From contig JBAZSZ010000001.1 of the NCBI GenBank assembly GCA_041662205.1, positions 17,973 to 81,972 on the forward strand: 64,000 bases of DNA, given 5' to 3'. Under the pieces are notes generated by a model. That model was not told the origin of the DNA. It saw nothing but the letters and a program-made list of their open reading frames with translations, and ran no database searches. Positions 40,718-53,181 of this stretch are shown here, one piece after another; position 1 is the first letter of the stretch, and the number at the start of each line of letters is the position of its first letter. This DNA is from Minisyncoccota bacterium (GTDB lineage Bacteria; Patescibacteriota; Minisyncoccia; Phycocordibacterales; UBA9973). The position numbers were made by a program, and so were the translations under genes.

Positions 40718-43700
40718 ATGCAAAAAGAAATAAGTGTGAATAAGCGTCCGAAAAAGTATTTTAATAGATACAAAAAGCCTTTGGTGGAATTTCCGAATTT
40801 GATTGAAGCTCAATTAAAAAGTTTCAAATGGTTGATAGAGACCGGCATCGGGGAAGTTTTTAAGGAATTTTCTCCAATCATTGATTACTCTGGAAAAAAG
40901 TTTCAATTGGAATTCACGTCTTTCTCTTTGAGTGAATCTAAAGTTGATGAAAATAATTCTAAAATAAATAAACTTTCTTACCAAGGGTTACTAAAGGCGC
41001 GGGTAAAATTGACTAACAAAATTCTCGGCACCGTGAAAGAACAGGAGATTTTTATGTCTGAATTTCCTTTAATGACTTCACATGGAACTTTTATCATCAA
41101 CGGAGTAGAGCGTGTGATCGTGCCTCAATTGGCGCGAAGTTTCGGAGTATTTTTCACAGAATCTGAAAGTAAAGGTAATAAATATTTTGGCGCAAAAATT
41201 ATTCCCGCTCGCGGAGTTTGGATTGAAATAGAATCAGAATCCGATGGAGGAATTTATGTGAGAATAGACAAAAAGAGAAAATTTCCTGCGACAGCCTTAT
41301 TGCGGGTTATGGGTTATGAAACAAATGAAATGATACTGAAAGCATTTGCAGGTAATGCCGTAGCAGAAGAAATAATTAAAACATCTTTAGCAAAAGATGG
41401 AGAAAAAAGTCTAAATGACTCCAGTGTTGAAATTTATAAACGTCTACGAGATGGTGATATGGCCACCGCTGATAATGCTAAAGAATTTATTAATTCTTTA
41501 TTTACAGCAGAACGTTATGACCTTTCTCCTGTAGGACGATTTAGATTCAATCAACGTTTTGAGAAGGGAATGGATGAAGCTGAAATGGCACGCCGAACGA
41601 TTTCTAAAGAAGATTTAATTACAGTCATTTCTCACATTATTCTTTTAAACAACACTCCTCTCTCAAAAGCTGACGATATAGATCATTTAGGTCAAAGACG
41701 AGTGCGTTTTGTTGGAGAAATTCTTCAACAAAAAGTACGTACCGGTATGATGCAGATCAAAAGAAATATTCAAGACCGCATGTCTATTATTGATGTTGAT
41801 ACAGCCATGCCTATTGCTATTATAAATCAGCGACCCCTTCAGGCTCGTATTAAAGAATTTTTCACTACGAACCAACTTTCTCAATTTATGGCGCAGGAAA
41901 ATGTGCTTTGTGAAATGGAACATTTGCGTACGCTTTCAGCTCTGGGGCCCGGAGGACTCACTCGTGAACGTGCAGGCCTAGAAGTGCGTGACGTGCATCC
42001 TTCGCACTACGGAAGAGTATGTCCTATTCACACTCCTGAAGGACCGAACATTGGACTTATTTTACATCTTTCCACTTATGCAAAAATAAATGATTTTGGA
42101 ATTATTGAAACTCCTTATGTAAAAGTCACTAAGGGAAAAATCACTGGCGAAATTGTTTATTTGAATGCACTAGAAGAAGAAAAATATAACATAGCGCATG
42201 CAGGAATTTCTTATGATGTCAGTGGAAAGATTACTGAAGAAAGAGTAGAAGCTAGAATCAAAACAGAACCAGGGACAGTACCTCCAGATCAAGTTGATTT
42301 TATTGACGTTGCTCCGAATCAGGCTTTTTCTATTGCCACTTCGATGGTTCCATTTTTGGAACATAATAATGCGAACCGTGCACTCATGGGAAGTAACATG
42401 CAGAAACAGGCTGTACCTTGCGTCTTGCCGGAAATGCCGCTGGTCGCTACAGGGGTTGAAGAATTAGCAGCGCGAGATTCTGGTAGATTAGTCATAGCTT
42501 CCGAGGAAGGTGTTGTCTCTTATTTAGATGCTAAAAAAATAGTTGTTAAAGGTAAAACTGAAAAAACTTATACCTTGATTAATTTTTTAAGAAATAATAA
42601 TTTTGCTGTATTTCATCAGCGCCCACTTGTAAATGTCGGTGATAAAATAAAAAAGGGTGATGTGCTTGCAGATACGAGCAGTACAGTGAACGGACAAATT
42701 TCAATCGGCCAAAATATTTTTGTGGCTTTCTTGTCTTGGGCTGGATCAACTTACGAAGATGCGATTGTTATTTCTGAACGACTTGTAAAAAAGAGTAAAT
42801 TTACCTCTGTATATGTAGAAGAATTTACTTGTGCTGTTCGTGATACCAAGCTCGGACCCGAAATTACGACCCGTGATATTCCCAATGTCGGCGAGCTTCG
42901 ATTGAAAGATTTGGATGAAGATGGAATTATTCGCATTGGAGCGGAAGTAAGAGAGAATGATATTTTGGTTGGTAAGATTACTCCAAAAGGGGAGACGGAA
43001 CTTACCCCAGAAGAAAGACTCCTCCGTTCGATTTTTGCTGAAAAAGCGCGCGATGTAAAAGATACTTCTCTTCGTATGGAGCACGGCAAGCGTGGACGTA
43101 TCATCGGGGTAAAGATTTTTTCTCGAAGTTTAGGTCATACGCTTGAAGCAGGCATTATTAAAAAAATAGTGATAGAAGTCGCTCAGATTCGTAATATTTC
43201 AGTAGGGGACAAAATATCAGGAAGACATGGAAACAAAGGAGTTATTTCAACAATTCTTCCAGAAGAAGATATGCCATACATGGCTGATGGTACACCCGTG
43301 GATGTTATTTTATCTCCGCTCGGAGTTCCTTCTCGTATGAACTTGGGACAAATTTTGGAAATTCATTTAGGGATGGCGGCCAACAGCCTTGGTTATCAAG
43401 CAATCGTTCCGCCATTTCTGGGAGCAAAACATGAAGAAATTCAAGAAGAATTAACAAAGGCTGGACTTCCATCCAATGGAAAATTAAAACTTTTTGATGG
43501 ACGAACAGGGGAAGCTTTTGCTCAAGATGTGGCAGTTGGATATATGTATATGTTGAAACTGCATCATATGGTAGAAGACAAGATTCATATGCGTTCAGTG
43601 GGTCCTTACTCTCTCATCACTCAACAACCTCTCGGCGGAAAAGCTCAAGGCGGAGGACAAAGATTTGGAGAAATGGAAGTCTGGGCACTTGAAGGCTATG

Positions 43701-43891
43701 GTGCCGCTTATACTCTCCGTGAAATGCTCACCATTAAATCCGATGACATTCTTGGTCGTTCTGCAGCCTTTGATTCTATTATTAAAAATGAGATCATTAG
43801 ACCACCAAATTCTCCTGCATCCTTTAATGTTTTATTGAATTACTTGCGAGGTCTGGCTCTTGATATAGATTTAAAAAAGGAAAATAAATAA
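40718..43891 (+). CDS. rpoB: DNA-directed RNA polymerase subunit beta
   Basis: Conserved rpoB blocks GGQRFGEMEVWALEAYGAA-like (GGQRFGEMEVWALEGYGAAYTL) and NMQRQAVP-like (SNMQKQAVP). The start is taken at the ATG giving MQKEISVNKRP. The track ORF starts 48 nt upstream at a non-ATG codon. Confidence 0.9.
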   Translation: MQKEISVNKRPKKYFNRYKKPLVEFPNLIEAQLKSFKWLIETGIGEVFKEFSPIIDYSGKKFQLEFTSFSLSESKVDENNSKINKLSYQGLLKARVKLTNKILGTVKEQEIFMSEFPLMTSHGTFIINGVERVIVPQLARSFGVFFTESESKGNKYFGAKIIPARGVWIEIESESDGGIYVRIDKKRKFPATALLRVMGYETNEMILKAFAGNAVAEEIIKTSLAKDGEKSLNDSSVEIYKRLRDGDMATADNAKEFINSLFTAERYDLSPVGRFRFNQRFEKGMDEAEMARRTISKEDLITVISHIILLNNTPLSKADDIDHLGQRRVRFVGEILQQKVRTGMMQIKRNIQDRMSIIDVDTAMPIAIINQRPLQARIKEFFTTNQLSQFMAQENVLCEMEHLRTLSALGPGGLTRERAGLEVRDVHPSHYGRVCPIHTPEGPNIGLILHLSTYAKINDFGIIETPYVKVTKGKITGEIVYLNALEEEKYNIAHAGISYDVSGKITEERVEARIKTEPGTVPPDQVDFIDVAPNQAFSIATSMVPFLEHNNANRALMGSNMQKQAVPCVLPEMPLVATGVEELAARDSGRLVIASEEGVVSYLDAKKIVVKGKTEKTYTLINFLRNNNFAVFHQRPLVNVGDKIKKGDVLADTSSTVNGQISIGQNIFVAFLSWAGSTYEDAIVISERLVKKSKFTSVYVEEFTCAVRDTKLGPEITTRDIPNVGELRLKDLDEDGIIRIGAEVRENDILVGKITPKGETELTPEERLLRSIFAEKARDVKDTSLRMEHGKRGRIIGVKIFSRSLGHTLEAGIIKKIVIEVAQIRNISVGDKISGRHGNKGVISTILPEEDMPYMADGTPVDVILSPLGVPSRMNLGQILEIHLGMAANSLGYQAIVPPFLGAKHEEIQEELTKAGLPSNGKLKLFDGRTGEAFAQDVAVGYMYMLKLHHMVEDKIHMRSVGPYSLITQQPLGGKAQGGGQRFGEMEVWALEGYGAAYTLREMLTIKSDDILGRSAAFDSIIKNEIIRPPNSPASFNVLLNYLRGLALDIDLKKENK

Positions 43892-43892
43892 T

Positions 43893-46800
43893 ATGAAAAC
43901 TTTAAACACAACTGAATTTGATCAAATTGCTATTAGACTTGCATCTCCAGAGCAGATCAAGGAATGGTCTTTTGGAGAAGTCACTAAGCCGGAAACGATA
44001 AACTATCGCACAGGTAGATCTGAAAGAGGAGGCTTGTTTGATGAGAAAATCTTTGGTCCAGAAAAGGATTATGAATGTTACTGTGGAAAATATCGCCGAA
44101 TTCGTTATAAAGATATTATTTGTGAAAAGTGTGGAGTAGAAGTCACTCGTTCGATAGTGAGAAGAGAACGCATGGGGCATATAGAACTTTCTACTCCAGT
44201 TTCCCATATTTGGTTTTTACGTGGGGTTCCTTCTAGGATGAGTATCCTTTTAAATATATCTGTATCAGATCTTGAAAAGGTAATTTATTTTGCAGGATAT
44301 ATCATCACTAAAGTCCATGAAGAAGAAAAAGAAACTATTCTTTCTGGTTTAGACAAGGAATATAAAACAAAATTAAAAAATTCATCTGATGAGGAAACTC
44401 GAGAGAAATTAAAGACCTTGCTTTCTATCACTAAGAAAGAAATAGGAGAAATTTATGAAGGAAAAGTTTTAAATGAAATTTCTTTTCATCATTATTCTTT
44501 GAAATACGGTACTTGTTTTGAAGCCAATATTGGGGCTGAAGCTATTTATTCTATTTTTAAGAATCTTGATTTAAATAAATTAAAACTTCTTACCGAAAAA
44601 ATGCTTGAAAAGGCCAGTGTAGTTGAAAAAGAGAAATTACAAAAAAGACTTTCTTTGATTCGCGCTATGACTTATGCAGGCATCCGTCCAGAATGGATGT
44701 TTTTGACTGTTATTCCAGTTATCCCTCCAGTTTTGCGTCCGATGGTGGCTTTGGATGGCGGACGTCATGCAACCAGTGATTTAAATGATCTATATCGTCG
44801 GGTGATAAATAGAAATAATCGTTTAAAGAAATTAAAAGAAATCAATGCTCCCGATGTTATTTTAAGAAACGAAAAACGTATTATTCAAGAAGCAGTCGAT
44901 GCTCTTATTGATAACTCAATTGCTAAACAAAATGACTCTGTGGCAATGAGCCAGTCTCAAAAACGTCCTCTCAAATCACTTTCCGATAATCTAAAATCTA
45001 AGCAAGGACTTTTCCGCCAAAATCTTTTGGGAAAACGAGTAGACTACTCAGGCCGTAGTGTTATCGTCGTTGGTCCTGAACTTAAGTTGAATCAATGTGG
45101 ATTACCAAAACACATGGCTCTCGAACTTTTCCGACCATTTGTAATTTCAAAAATTTTACAAGCAGAACTCGCATTTAATATTCGCGGAGCAAATAAACTC
45201 ATAGAGGAACGTTCCGCTGAAGTTTGGGCAATCTTGGAAGAAGTTATTCAGGGTAAATTTGTGCTATTAAACCGTGCTCCTACTTTGCACCGTTTGGGAA
45301 TTCAAGCTTTTAATCCAATTTTGATTGAAGGAAATGCTATTCAAGTTCACCCACTTGTTTGTCAGGCTTTCAACGCAGACTTCGACGGAGATCAGATGGC
45401 TGTGTATGTGCCACTACTCGAGGAAGCTCAATGGGAAGCAAAAGAATTAATGGCATCTAGTAAAAATTTACTTAAACCACAAAACGGAGATCCTATAGTG
45501 AACCCAAGAATGGATATGGTTCTAGGATCATACTGGATGACAAAAGTAGTTGATGGAGAAGAAGGGGAAGGTAAATATTTTTCTAGCCCCAACACCGCTA
45601 TTACTGCTTTTGATTATGGGATCATAACATTACGGGCAAAAATAAAAGTTCTAGCAACTGATACGCATAAATATAAAAGATTCGATGGAGGAGTTTTTGA
45701 AACTTCTGTCGGTAAACTTCTTTTTAACAGCATTTTACCAAATGATTTTTCTTACATCAGTGATGAAATGACTCATGATAGATTATCTGCTCTTTTGGAT
45801 GAGCTGATCATTCATTATGGTGTGGATGATACTCCAGCAATCTTAGATAAGATTAAATCATTCGGTTTCAAATACTCAACTGTTTCTGGTACTACTTGGG
45901 GATTGGACAATATTGCTCTTTCACCTTTGAAGCCTGAAATTATTGCTCAAGGAAAAAAACTTGAAGAAGAAATCTTATCTCAGTGGAGTGATGGTCTTTT
46001 GTCTGAAGAAGAAAAATATCAAAAAATTATTGAAGTTTGGACATTAACAAAGAAGAATTTAGAAAAAGTTTTACCAAAGACTCTTGATAAAAATGGTTCT
46101 GCTTATGATTTATTTACTTCTAAAGCTAGAGGTAATATGGGTTCCTTGACTCAGTTAGTCGGAATGATTGGACTTATTCAAAACAACCAAGGTAAAATTT
46201 TAGAGTTTCCAATTATACCTTCTTATTTTGAAGGTCTTTCCCCAATTGAATATTTCGTTATTACTCATGGTGCTCGTAAGGGAGCATCTGATACTGCTCT
46301 CAACACTGCTAAAGCTGGATATTTGACACGAAGATTGGTGGATGTGGCTCAAGATGTTGTCATTACGGAAGAAGATTGCGGTACCAAAGAAGGTAAAATA
46401 GTCACCAAAGAAAATATTTCAGGAATTGAAATTCCGCTTTCTAAAAATATTCGTGGACGAATTCTAGCTAGAGACTTAAAAGACAAAGATGGAAATGTTG
46501 TTTACAGTAGAGGATTTTTGATCACGAAAGAGGAAGCTTATAACATTGAAGGAGCAGGTTTTACTGAAGTATTTGTACGTTCTCCGCTTACCTGTAAAAC
46601 AGTGCATGGTCTTTGTGTTAATTGTTATGGGCTTGATTTGGGGCGAAATCATTTAGTGGAACTCGGTGAAGCTGTTGGTATTATTGCTGCTCAAGCTATC
46701 GGAGAACCAGGTACTCAGTTGACGCTTCGTACCTTCCATGCTGGAGGTGTGGCTGGAACAGATATCACTACAGGTCTACCACGTGTTGAAGAAATTTTTG

Positions 46801-47513
46801 AAAGACGTATTCCTAAAAATCCTGCTATTATCTCTCTTACTGATGGTGAGGTGATTTCTATTACCAATAAAGAAGGAAAAGAAAATATCAGAGAAAAAGT
46901 AATTAAAGTGTTGTCTGATAGTAAAGTTGATGGCAAACCAAATGAAGTGGAATATATGGTGGCTTTTCGTAGAGTGCCTATTGTGAAAGTCGGAGATTCT
47001 GTAAAAAAAGGACAGCTTTTGACTGACGGATCAGCTGATATTACTGAGATGTTCAAATTAGGAAATAAAGAATTAGTCGAAGAATATATTATTGAGGAAA
47101 TAAATAAAGTTTATGAGCTTCAAAGTGCTTCAATCTCTAGAAAACATACTGAAATTATTATTCGCCAAATGTTTTCTCGTAGAAAAATAAAAGATGCCGG
47201 TGAAACTAATTTCTCTACTGGAGATCTTGTTGAAAATACCGCCTTTATTGAAGAAAATGTTAGAGTAAAAGAAATAAATGGGAAAGAAGCAAAAGCGGAA
47301 ATAGTTGTGCTCGGTATTACTGAAGTTTCTCTGCGTACCAAGAGCTGGCTCTCAGCGGCATCCTTCCAAAACACTAACCGTGTCTTGATAGAAAATGCAA
47401 TCAAAGGCGGAGTAGATTCACTTCGAGGTCTAAAAGAAAATGTTATCATTGGACGCCTAATCCCAGCAGGAACCGGATTCAAGAATAAGCTTTCTGTAAT
47501 AGAAGAAAAATAA
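43893..47513 (+). CDS. rpoC: DNA-directed RNA polymerase subunit beta'
   Basis: Zn-binding [23 protein letters not shown] and the catalytic [11 protein letters not shown]. Confidence 0.9.
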   Translation: MKTLNTTEFDQIAIRLASPEQIKEWSFGEVTKPETINYRTGRSERGGLFDEKIFGPEKDYECYCGKYRRIRYKDIICEKCGVEVTRSIVRRERMGHIELSTPVSHIWFLRGVPSRMSILLNISVSDLEKVIYFAGYIITKVHEEEKETILSGLDKEYKTKLKNSSDEETREKLKTLLSITKKEIGEIYEGKVLNEISFHHYSLKYGTCFEANIGAEAIYSIFKNLDLNKLKLLTEKMLEKASVVEKEKLQKRLSLIRAMTYAGIRPEWMFLTVIPVIPPVLRPMVALDGGRHATSDLNDLYRRVINRNNRLKKLKEINAPDVILRNEKRIIQEAVDALIDNSIAKQNDSVAMSQSQKRPLKSLSDNLKSKQGLFRQNLLGKRVDYSGRSVIVVGPELKLNQCGLPKHMALELFRPFVISKILQAELAFNIRGANKLIEERSAEVWAILEEVIQGKFVLLNRAPTLHRLGIQAFNPILIEGNAIQVHPLVCQAFNADFDGDQMAVYVPLLEEAQWEAKELMASSKNLLKPQNGDPIVNPRMDMVLGSYWMTKVVDGEEGEGKYFSSPNTAITAFDYGIITLRAKIKVLATDTHKYKRFDGGVFETSVGKLLFNSILPNDFSYISDEMTHDRLSALLDELIIHYGVDDTPAILDKIKSFGFKYSTVSGTTWGLDNIALSPLKPEIIAQGKKLEEEILSQWSDGLLSEEEKYQKIIEVWTLTKKNLEKVLPKTLDKNGSAYDLFTSKARGNMGSLTQLVGMIGLIQNNQGKILEFPIIPSYFEGLSPIEYFVITHGARKGASDTALNTAKAGYLTRRLVDVAQDVVITEEDCGTKEGKIVTKENISGIEIPLSKNIRGRILARDLKDKDGNVVYSRGFLITKEEAYNIEGAGFTEVFVRSPLTCKTVHGLCVNCYGLDLGRNHLVELGEAVGIIAAQAIGEPGTQLTLRTFHAGGVAGTDITTGLPRVEEIFERRIPKNPAIISLTDGEVISITNKEGKENIREKVIKVLSDSKVDGKPNEVEYMVAFRRVPIVKVGDSVKKGQLLTDGSADITEMFKLGNKELVEEYIIEEINKVYELQSASISRKHTEIIIRQMFSRRKIKDAGETNFSTGDLVENTAFIEENVRVKEINGKEAKAEIVVLGITEVSLRTKSWLSAASFQNTNRVLIENAIKGGVDSLRGLKENVIIGRLIPAGTGFKNKLSVIEEK

Positions 47514-47521
47514 TAATATTT

Positions 47522-49258
47522 ATGAATTCTCCTGTTCAACAAATTAAGGAGAAGCTATCAATTGAAGAAGTAGTTTCTTCTTATATCAAGCTTGAAAAGA
47601 TAGGATCAAACCTAAAGGCGAGATGTCCATTTCATAATGAGAAAACCCCCTCCTTTTTTATTTCCCCTGACCGAGGCACTTACTACTGTTTCGGTTGCGG
47701 GGTGAAAGGTGATATTTTTACTTTCGTAGAAGAATTTGAGGGTCTTGATTTTAGAGGAGCGCTTAAATTACTCGCTGGTAGAGCGGGAATTGTTTTAGAG
47801 TCTTATAATTTAAAAGATCAAAAAAAACAGAGTGAAAAGGAAAGGTTGTATAAGGTTATGGAAGAAGCTTCTTTGTTTTTTGAAAAAAATTTAAAAAATA
47901 ATACAGAAGTTTTATCTTATCTTAAATCAAGAGGACTGAATGACGAAAGTATAAAGAATTTTCATATTGGTTTTGTAAAAAATGATTGGAGAGAATTATA
48001 CACACATCTTACGGGAAAAGGTTTTACTGATAACGAATTAGAAAAAGCCGGATTAATAAAGAAAACAGAGAAAGGCTTCTATGATAGATTTCGTGGACGG
48101 ATTATGTTTCCTATTGGAGACTCCAGTGGGCGCATCATTGCTTTTTCTGGTCGTATTTTTGTTGATGACGAAAAATCTGCCAAATATTTAAATAGCCCAG
48201 AGACTACCATCTTTAATAAATCTTCTGTACTTTTTGGTATAGATAAAGCCAAAGAAGCAATTAGGAAAAATGATTTTTCTATTTTAGTTGAAGGCCAAAT
48301 GGATTTAATTTTATCTCATCAAGCAGGATTTAAAAATACAGTGGCTTCGTCTGGAACAGCTATGACTGATTCTATAATATCAAAAGAAAATATTATAAAT
48401 AATCTTGGACTTATTACTAGATTATCAAAAAATATCGTTCTCGCTTATGATGCTGACCGTGCGGGAGTAAATGCGACAAATCGTTTCGCTAAGATTGCAC
48501 TATCTTTAGATATGGATGTAAAAGTGGCGGACATAAAAGATGACATGGATCCAGCAGATTTGATTTCAAAAGTTGGGGTGGATGCGTGGCGTGAAGCAAT
48601 AAGAAATTCAAAACACTTTATTGAATTTATGCTTATGAGAATTTTAAAGGATTCTAATTCTGATAGTAGAAAAGCTGGTAGAGAAATAAAAGAACGTTTG
48701 CTTCCTTTTGTGAATGAGCTAGAAAGTTCGATAGAAAAATCACATTTTATTACATTGATTAGTAATAAAATAGGTATATCTGAAAGTGCTTTGATGGAAG
48801 ATTTAAAAAAGGTAGAACTTGAATTAAAATATGAAAAAGAGGATACAAAAATAGCTAAAGAAAATGTGGAGAAAAAATTAAGGAAAGATCCAATCGAGCG
48901 AAAACTTTTAGGAATAGCTTTTTGGCAAGAAAGTGTTCCAAATAAAAAAATAGACCCAGAATTGATTTTTAAAAAGTTAGAAAAAGCAAAAGAAAATGTT
49001 AGAGAAAAATATAAAGATATAAAAGAAGATTTGATTTATGAAGTAGAAGAATTTTATTCAAATAATGAAAATCTGGAAAAAGATGTGCATGAAATGTTGT
49101 TAAACATCGAAGAAGAGTATTTAAATGAAGAATTGGTAAAACAAATGATGGAATTACAGAATTTAAAAGGCAAAGAAGAAGAGATAGAAATTTTTAAAAA
49201 AATAAATGAGATAAATAAAAGAAAAGAAGATATTAAAAATAGTCGTATAAAAAAATAA
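47522..49258 (+). CDS. dnaG: DNA primase
   Basis: Zn-ribbon [11 protein letters not shown]...CFGCG, TOPRIM EGQMDLI and DADRAG. Confidence 0.85.
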   Translation: MNSPVQQIKEKLSIEEVVSSYIKLEKIGSNLKARCPFHNEKTPSFFISPDRGTYYCFGCGVKGDIFTFVEEFEGLDFRGALKLLAGRAGIVLESYNLKDQKKQSEKERLYKVMEEASLFFEKNLKNNTEVLSYLKSRGLNDESIKNFHIGFVKNDWRELYTHLTGKGFTDNELEKAGLIKKTEKGFYDRFRGRIMFPIGDSSGRIIAFSGRIFVDDEKSAKYLNSPETTIFNKSSVLFGIDKAKEAIRKNDFSILVEGQMDLILSHQAGFKNTVASSGTAMTDSIISKENIINNLGLITRLSKNIVLAYDADRAGVNATNRFAKIALSLDMDVKVADIKDDMDPADLISKVGVDAWREAIRNSKHFIEFMLMRILKDSNSDSRKAGREIKERLLPFVNELESSIEKSHFITLISNKIGISESALMEDLKKVELELKYEKEDTKIAKENVEKKLRKDPIERKLLGIAFWQESVPNKKIDPELIFKKLEKAKENVREKYKDIKEDLIYEVEEFYSNNENLEKDVHEMLLNIEEEYLNEELVKQMMELQNLKGKEEEIEIFKKINEINKRKEDIKNSRIKK

Positions 49259-49263
49259 ACATT

Positions 49264-50514
49264 ATGAAAAATAAAAAAATAAAGAAAGTAGCAAAAAAGG
49301 TTGTAAAGAAGGTCAAGAAGATCCAGAAAAAGAAAAAGATATCTGCCCGCAAGACTACGCATAGCGCTATCAGCGGTAAAAAAATAGTAAAAAAAGCCAA
49401 GAAAATTATTAAAAAAGAAAAAATAAAAAAATTATCTTTTGCAGAGAAAAAGGCTGAAAAATTGGATGTTTTAGCAAATAGTCTTATTGAGAAAGGAAGA
49501 AAGCGTGGGTTTATTACTTATGATGAAATATTGAAAACTTTTCCTGATATAGAAAATAATATTTTATTTTTAGATGAGCTTTATGAAAAGTTTTCAACAG
49601 CTTCTATTGATGTATTAGAAGGTGGGAATTTGCTCAATTTAGATATTGATTTGAATGATAAGGATTTGAATAAGGGTAATATGCATGATTCTATTCAAAT
49701 GTACTTGAAAGAAATTGGACAATATCCTTTAATTTATGCGAGTGATGAAAAAGATTTAGCTAAAAGGATTGAGCGTGGAGATATTGAAGCAAAGAATCTA
49801 TTGGCGCGCGCGAACTTGCGTTTAGTTGTTTCTATCGCAAAAAAATATGTGGGTAGGTCCGCGAACTTAACTCTACTTGATTTAATTCAAGAAGGAAATC
49901 TTGGGTTATTTAAAGCGGTTGAGAAATTTGATTGGACTAAGGGATATAAATTTTCTACTTATGCGACTTGGTGGATTCGTCAATCTATCACTCGTGCACT
50001 TGCTGATCAGTCTAGAACTATTCGTATTCCAGTGCATATGGTAGAAACAATTTCTAAATATAAACAAACTCATCGCAGGCTTAGTCAGGACCTAGGCAGG
50101 GAACCACTAGCCGAAGAGATTGCGACTGAGATGGGTATTCCGGTTGAAAAAATCCATGTTATTGAAAATATTTCCCAAGATACAGTATCTTTAGAACAGC
50201 CTGTCGGAGATGATGATGATAAATCGACTTTAGAGAATTTTATTCCAGATGACAAGATTTTACGCCCAGATCAAGAGTCTTCTAGGAGGATTCTTTCCGA
50301 CCAGATTCGGGAAGTGCTAGATGAGTTGAATCCTAAAGAGCGCAAAATTTTAGAAATGCGTTATGGTTTGCTCGATGGTATTCAGCACACTCTAGAGAGA
50401 GTAGGGGAAGAGTTTGGAGTAACTCGAGAGCGTATTCGTCAGATTGAAGCGAAGGTCCACGAAAAACTCCGACAACATGAAAAAATCGCTCGTTTGAAAA
50501 ACTATTTTGATTAG
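49264..50514 (+). CDS. rpoD: primary RNA polymerase sigma factor (sigma-70)
   Basis: Region 2.4/3 ([27 protein letters not shown]), region 4 ([19 protein letters not shown]), and a Lys-rich N-terminal region. It follows dnaG as in the classical dnaG-rpoD arrangement. Confidence 0.9.
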   Translation: MKNKKIKKVAKKVVKKVKKIQKKKKISARKTTHSAISGKKIVKKAKKIIKKEKIKKLSFAEKKAEKLDVLANSLIEKGRKRGFITYDEILKTFPDIENNILFLDELYEKFSTASIDVLEGGNLLNLDIDLNDKDLNKGNMHDSIQMYLKEIGQYPLIYASDEKDLAKRIERGDIEAKNLLARANLRLVVSIAKKYVGRSANLTLLDLIQEGNLGLFKAVEKFDWTKGYKFSTYATWWIRQSITRALADQSRTIRIPVHMVETISKYKQTHRRLSQDLGREPLAEEIATEMGIPVEKIHVIENISQDTVSLEQPVGDDDDKSTLENFIPDDKILRPDQESSRRILSDQIREVLDELNPKERKILEMRYGLLDGIQHTLERVGEEFGVTRERIRQIEAKVHEKLRQHEKIARLKNYFD

Positions 50515-50520
50515 TTAGAA

Positions 50521-50631
50521 TTAAAATAAAAATACCTTTTTTAGGGTACAGATTTTTTGAAGCTTAAAAAATCCTGAAGTTCTTGGCTCGTCAGCCTCGA
50601 AACCCCCTAAAAAGGTATTTTTTTATTTTAA
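50521..50631. repeat. 111-bp element bounded by 26-bp inverted repeats with inner hairpins, between convergent rpoD and dsbA
   Basis: Left arm TTAAAATAAAAATACCTTTTTTAGGG (50521-50546); right arm CCCTAAAAAGGTATTTTTTTATTTTAA (50605-50631). Inner palindromes GATTTTTT-gaagctt-AAAAAATC and GGCT-cgtc-AGCC. Confidence 0.55.
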
Positions 50632-50634
50632 TTC

Positions 50635-51402
50635 TTATTGTAACGCAACGTCAATCTTTGGTTTTACTGAGCTTAGTGATTCAGCTCCATCGATAGTGCC
50701 TGCGATTTTTCCATCTTTTAAGATAAATCCTTTTGGTGTGCCAGTGACTCCAGCAGTAGCTCCTTCATTTTTAGAATTTATAACAGCTTGGGTGTATTTG
50801 CCACTATCTAAGCATTTATCGAAGTCAGTCGTATTTAGTTTAAGTATTTTTGCAAAAGATTTTAATTTAAGATCTGCGAAGCCTCCTGCGTTCTCTCCAG
50901 CATGATGCCCATAAAGATAGTCATGATATTCCCAAAATTTTCCTTGATCTCCTGCACATCTTGCAGCCTCAGAGGCTTTGACTGATTCTTGACCTAGGAA
51001 AGTAAAGTCTCTATATACTAACAATACTTTTCCATTTTTTACATAATCATTTATGATTGTAGGCATAAAAGGAGTCCAAGTAGGATCATTTTTTCTTAAG
51101 TAATCCATTACCTGTTTCATGGAAGGAGAATCTGTATTTATTCCGGTAACTGCTGCGCAAAATGGGCATTGAAAATCTTCATACATGATTAGAGTGACTT
51201 TTGCATTTGGGTTTCCAAGGGTTCTGTCATCTTTACCGACTGGTGCCAAGGTCGCAGTTGTTACTGGGATTCCATTTTCAATTGGTGTTTTTTGATTTTT
51301 AGCTACAGGTGCCGAGCTACCTTTTAACAAAATTGCTCCAGCTATCAAGACTCCTACGATCATTATTGCGCTAATAATTGATTTTTGATTGTCGTTTTGC
51401 AT
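50635..51402 (-). CDS. membrane-anchored DsbA-like thioredoxin-fold oxidoreductase
   Basis: N-terminal TM, CxxC FQCPFCAAV, and the cis-Pro region GTPKGFIL. Confidence 0.75.
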   Translation of the reverse strand: MQNDNQKSIISAIMIVGVLIAGAILLKGSSAPVAKNQKTPIENGIPVTTATLAPVGKDDRTLGNPNAKVTLIMYEDFQCPFCAAVTGINTDSPSMKQVMDYLRKNDPTWTPFMPTIINDYVKNGKVLLVYRDFTFLGQESVKASEAARCAGDQGKFWEYHDYLYGHHAGENAGGFADLKLKSFAKILKLNTTDFDKCLDSGKYTQAVINSKNEGATAGVTGTPKGFILKDGKIAGTIDGAESLSSVKPKIDVALQ

Positions 51403-51495
51403 ATAATCTATATATTATAAATTGTAATATACCATTGTAGCATATTTTGTAAAAAGTAGTATAATTGGTGTATTAATAATAATTTTTTAAAATAT

Positions 51496-51789
51496 ATGGA
51501 TATGAATAAATACGGAGGTATGTGTATTTGTTCCAAGATTGGTAAAATTTTACTGATCATCGGAGGTTTGAATTGGGGTTTAGTCGGTGTCGGAATGTTA
51601 ATGGGTAATAGCAGTGAAGCATGGAATGTTGTGAATATGGTTTTTGGTTCTATGCCAACTGTTGAAGCAATAATTTATGTACTTGTAGGTATCGCTGCTC
51701 TTATGAAGATTTTTGGTTGCAGATGTAAGAAAAGTATGGAAGCAGGTGTTGCTTGTTGTGGAACTGAAAAAATGGAAGAAAAGATGTAA
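51496..51789 (+). CDS. DUF378-family small membrane protein with a Cys-rich C-terminal tail
   Basis: LLIIGGLNWGLVGVGML core typical of DUF378; tail GCRCKKSMEAGVACCGTEK. Confidence 0.6.
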   Translation: MDMNKYGGMCICSKIGKILLIIGGLNWGLVGVGMLMGNSSEAWNVVNMVFGSMPTVEAIIYVLVGIAALMKIFGCRCKKSMEAGVACCGTEKMEEKM

Positions 51790-51807
51790 TTTATAGACAT
51801 TTTTTAC

Positions 51808-51845
51808 AAAACAAAACCTAATAATTTAGGTTTTGTTTTGTTGTG
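51808..51845 (+). terminator. rho-independent terminator
   Basis: AAAACCTAATAATTTAGGTTTT followed by GTTTTGTT. Confidence 0.7.
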
Positions 51846-51902
51846 CTTATAAGGATTTTTCGTTTACATTTAGCTCCAAAAATGCTATCTTGATAAGAGC
51901 AT

Positions 51903-53147
51903 ATGATATCAATTTTTGACCTTATATTTTATATTCTGATTTTTTTATCTGTTTATGTACAGGTTTTTTTTCTTGTTACTTTTATTGAGAATAGAAAAAA
52001 AATAGTGATCAGAAATGGAAAAGTGAAACTGGAGACTTATCCAGCTGTAACTATTGTTGTACCTTGTTGGAATGAAGAAAATACAGTTGAGAAAACAGTG
52101 AATTCTGTACTTAATTTAAATTATCCAAAAGATAAGCTCAATATATTTTTGATAGATGATGGTTCCATAGATAATACATTAAACGTAATAAATAAATTTA
52201 AAAATTTTCCAAATATTAAAGTTTTTCACAAAGAAAATGGTGGAAAGTTTACTGCACTTAATTTAGGACTCAAACACTGCGAGACTGATTTTTTTGGTGG
52301 TCTCGATGCTGATTCATTTGCAGATCCTGAATCTCTTGTTCGTATTATGAGTTATTTTGAAAAAGATCCTAGTCTCATGGCAGTTGCTCCATCGGTAATA
52401 ATATCTAACTCAAAAAACATTTTTAAAAAGGCGCAAAAAGCTGAATATAATATGGGTGTTTATTTTAAGAAAATGCTTGGTTTCTTGGGAGCTATCAATG
52501 TCACTCCGGGGCCGATGACTATTTTTAAGAAAAAAGTATTTGATAATTTAGGGGGGTATTGTCATGGTCATAATACAGAAGATATGGAAATTGCTTATCG
52601 TATGCAGAAAAATAACTACAAAATAGAACATTGTAATGATTCTTATATTTATACCAATACACCTAAAACAGCTAAAAAGCTTTATAAACAAAGGTTACGT
52701 TGGATTTATGGTTTTATAAACAATACAATTGATTACCGAAAAGTTTTATTTAGAAAAAAATATGGAAATTTTGCTGTATTCACTTTACCCATGGGGGTTA
52801 TTTCTGTTTTTTCTGTAATCTATCTTTTTAGTAGAATAGTTTATAATTTAGGAAATTTTTTCTATTCAAAAATTATTCAATTAGAAACAGTTGGCTTTAG
52901 TTTCAAAGTAAAAAGTTTTATTTTTGATCCATTTTTTATAAATACTCAATCTTTTATATTTTTAATTTTTTGTATTTATTTTTTAGTAATTCTTGCAATG
53001 ATTTTGGGGCGAAAAATGACTGAAGGAAAGTGGGGTTTGTCTCTTGATATGTTTTATTTTTTCCCAATTTTTACTATTATTGCTCCGTTTTGGCTCATGA
53101 AAGCAGTTTATAATACTTTTTTACAAAGAAAGCCCGCCTGGAGATAG
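51903..53147 (+). CDS. family-2 glycosyltransferase, processive polysaccharide-synthase type
   Basis: DDGSIDNT (DxD region), GGLDADS, and the QRLRW (QxxRW) motif of processive beta-glycan synthases, with N- and C-terminal TM helices. Confidence 0.75.
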   Translation: MISIFDLIFYILIFLSVYVQVFFLVTFIENRKKIVIRNGKVKLETYPAVTIVVPCWNEENTVEKTVNSVLNLNYPKDKLNIFLIDDGSIDNTLNVINKFKNFPNIKVFHKENGGKFTALNLGLKHCETDFFGGLDADSFADPESLVRIMSYFEKDPSLMAVAPSVIISNSKNIFKKAQKAEYNMGVYFKKMLGFLGAINVTPGPMTIFKKKVFDNLGGYCHGHNTEDMEIAYRMQKNNYKIEHCNDSYIYTNTPKTAKKLYKQRLRWIYGFINNTIDYRKVLFRKKYGNFAVFTLPMGVISVFSVIYLFSRIVYNLGNFFYSKIIQLETVGFSFKVKSFIFDPFFINTQSFIFLIFCIYFLVILAMILGRKMTEGKWGLSLDMFYFFPIFTIIAPFWLMKAVYNTFLQRKPAWR

Positions 53148-53181
53148 GATTAATTAAAAATTATTAATTACGAATTAAATT

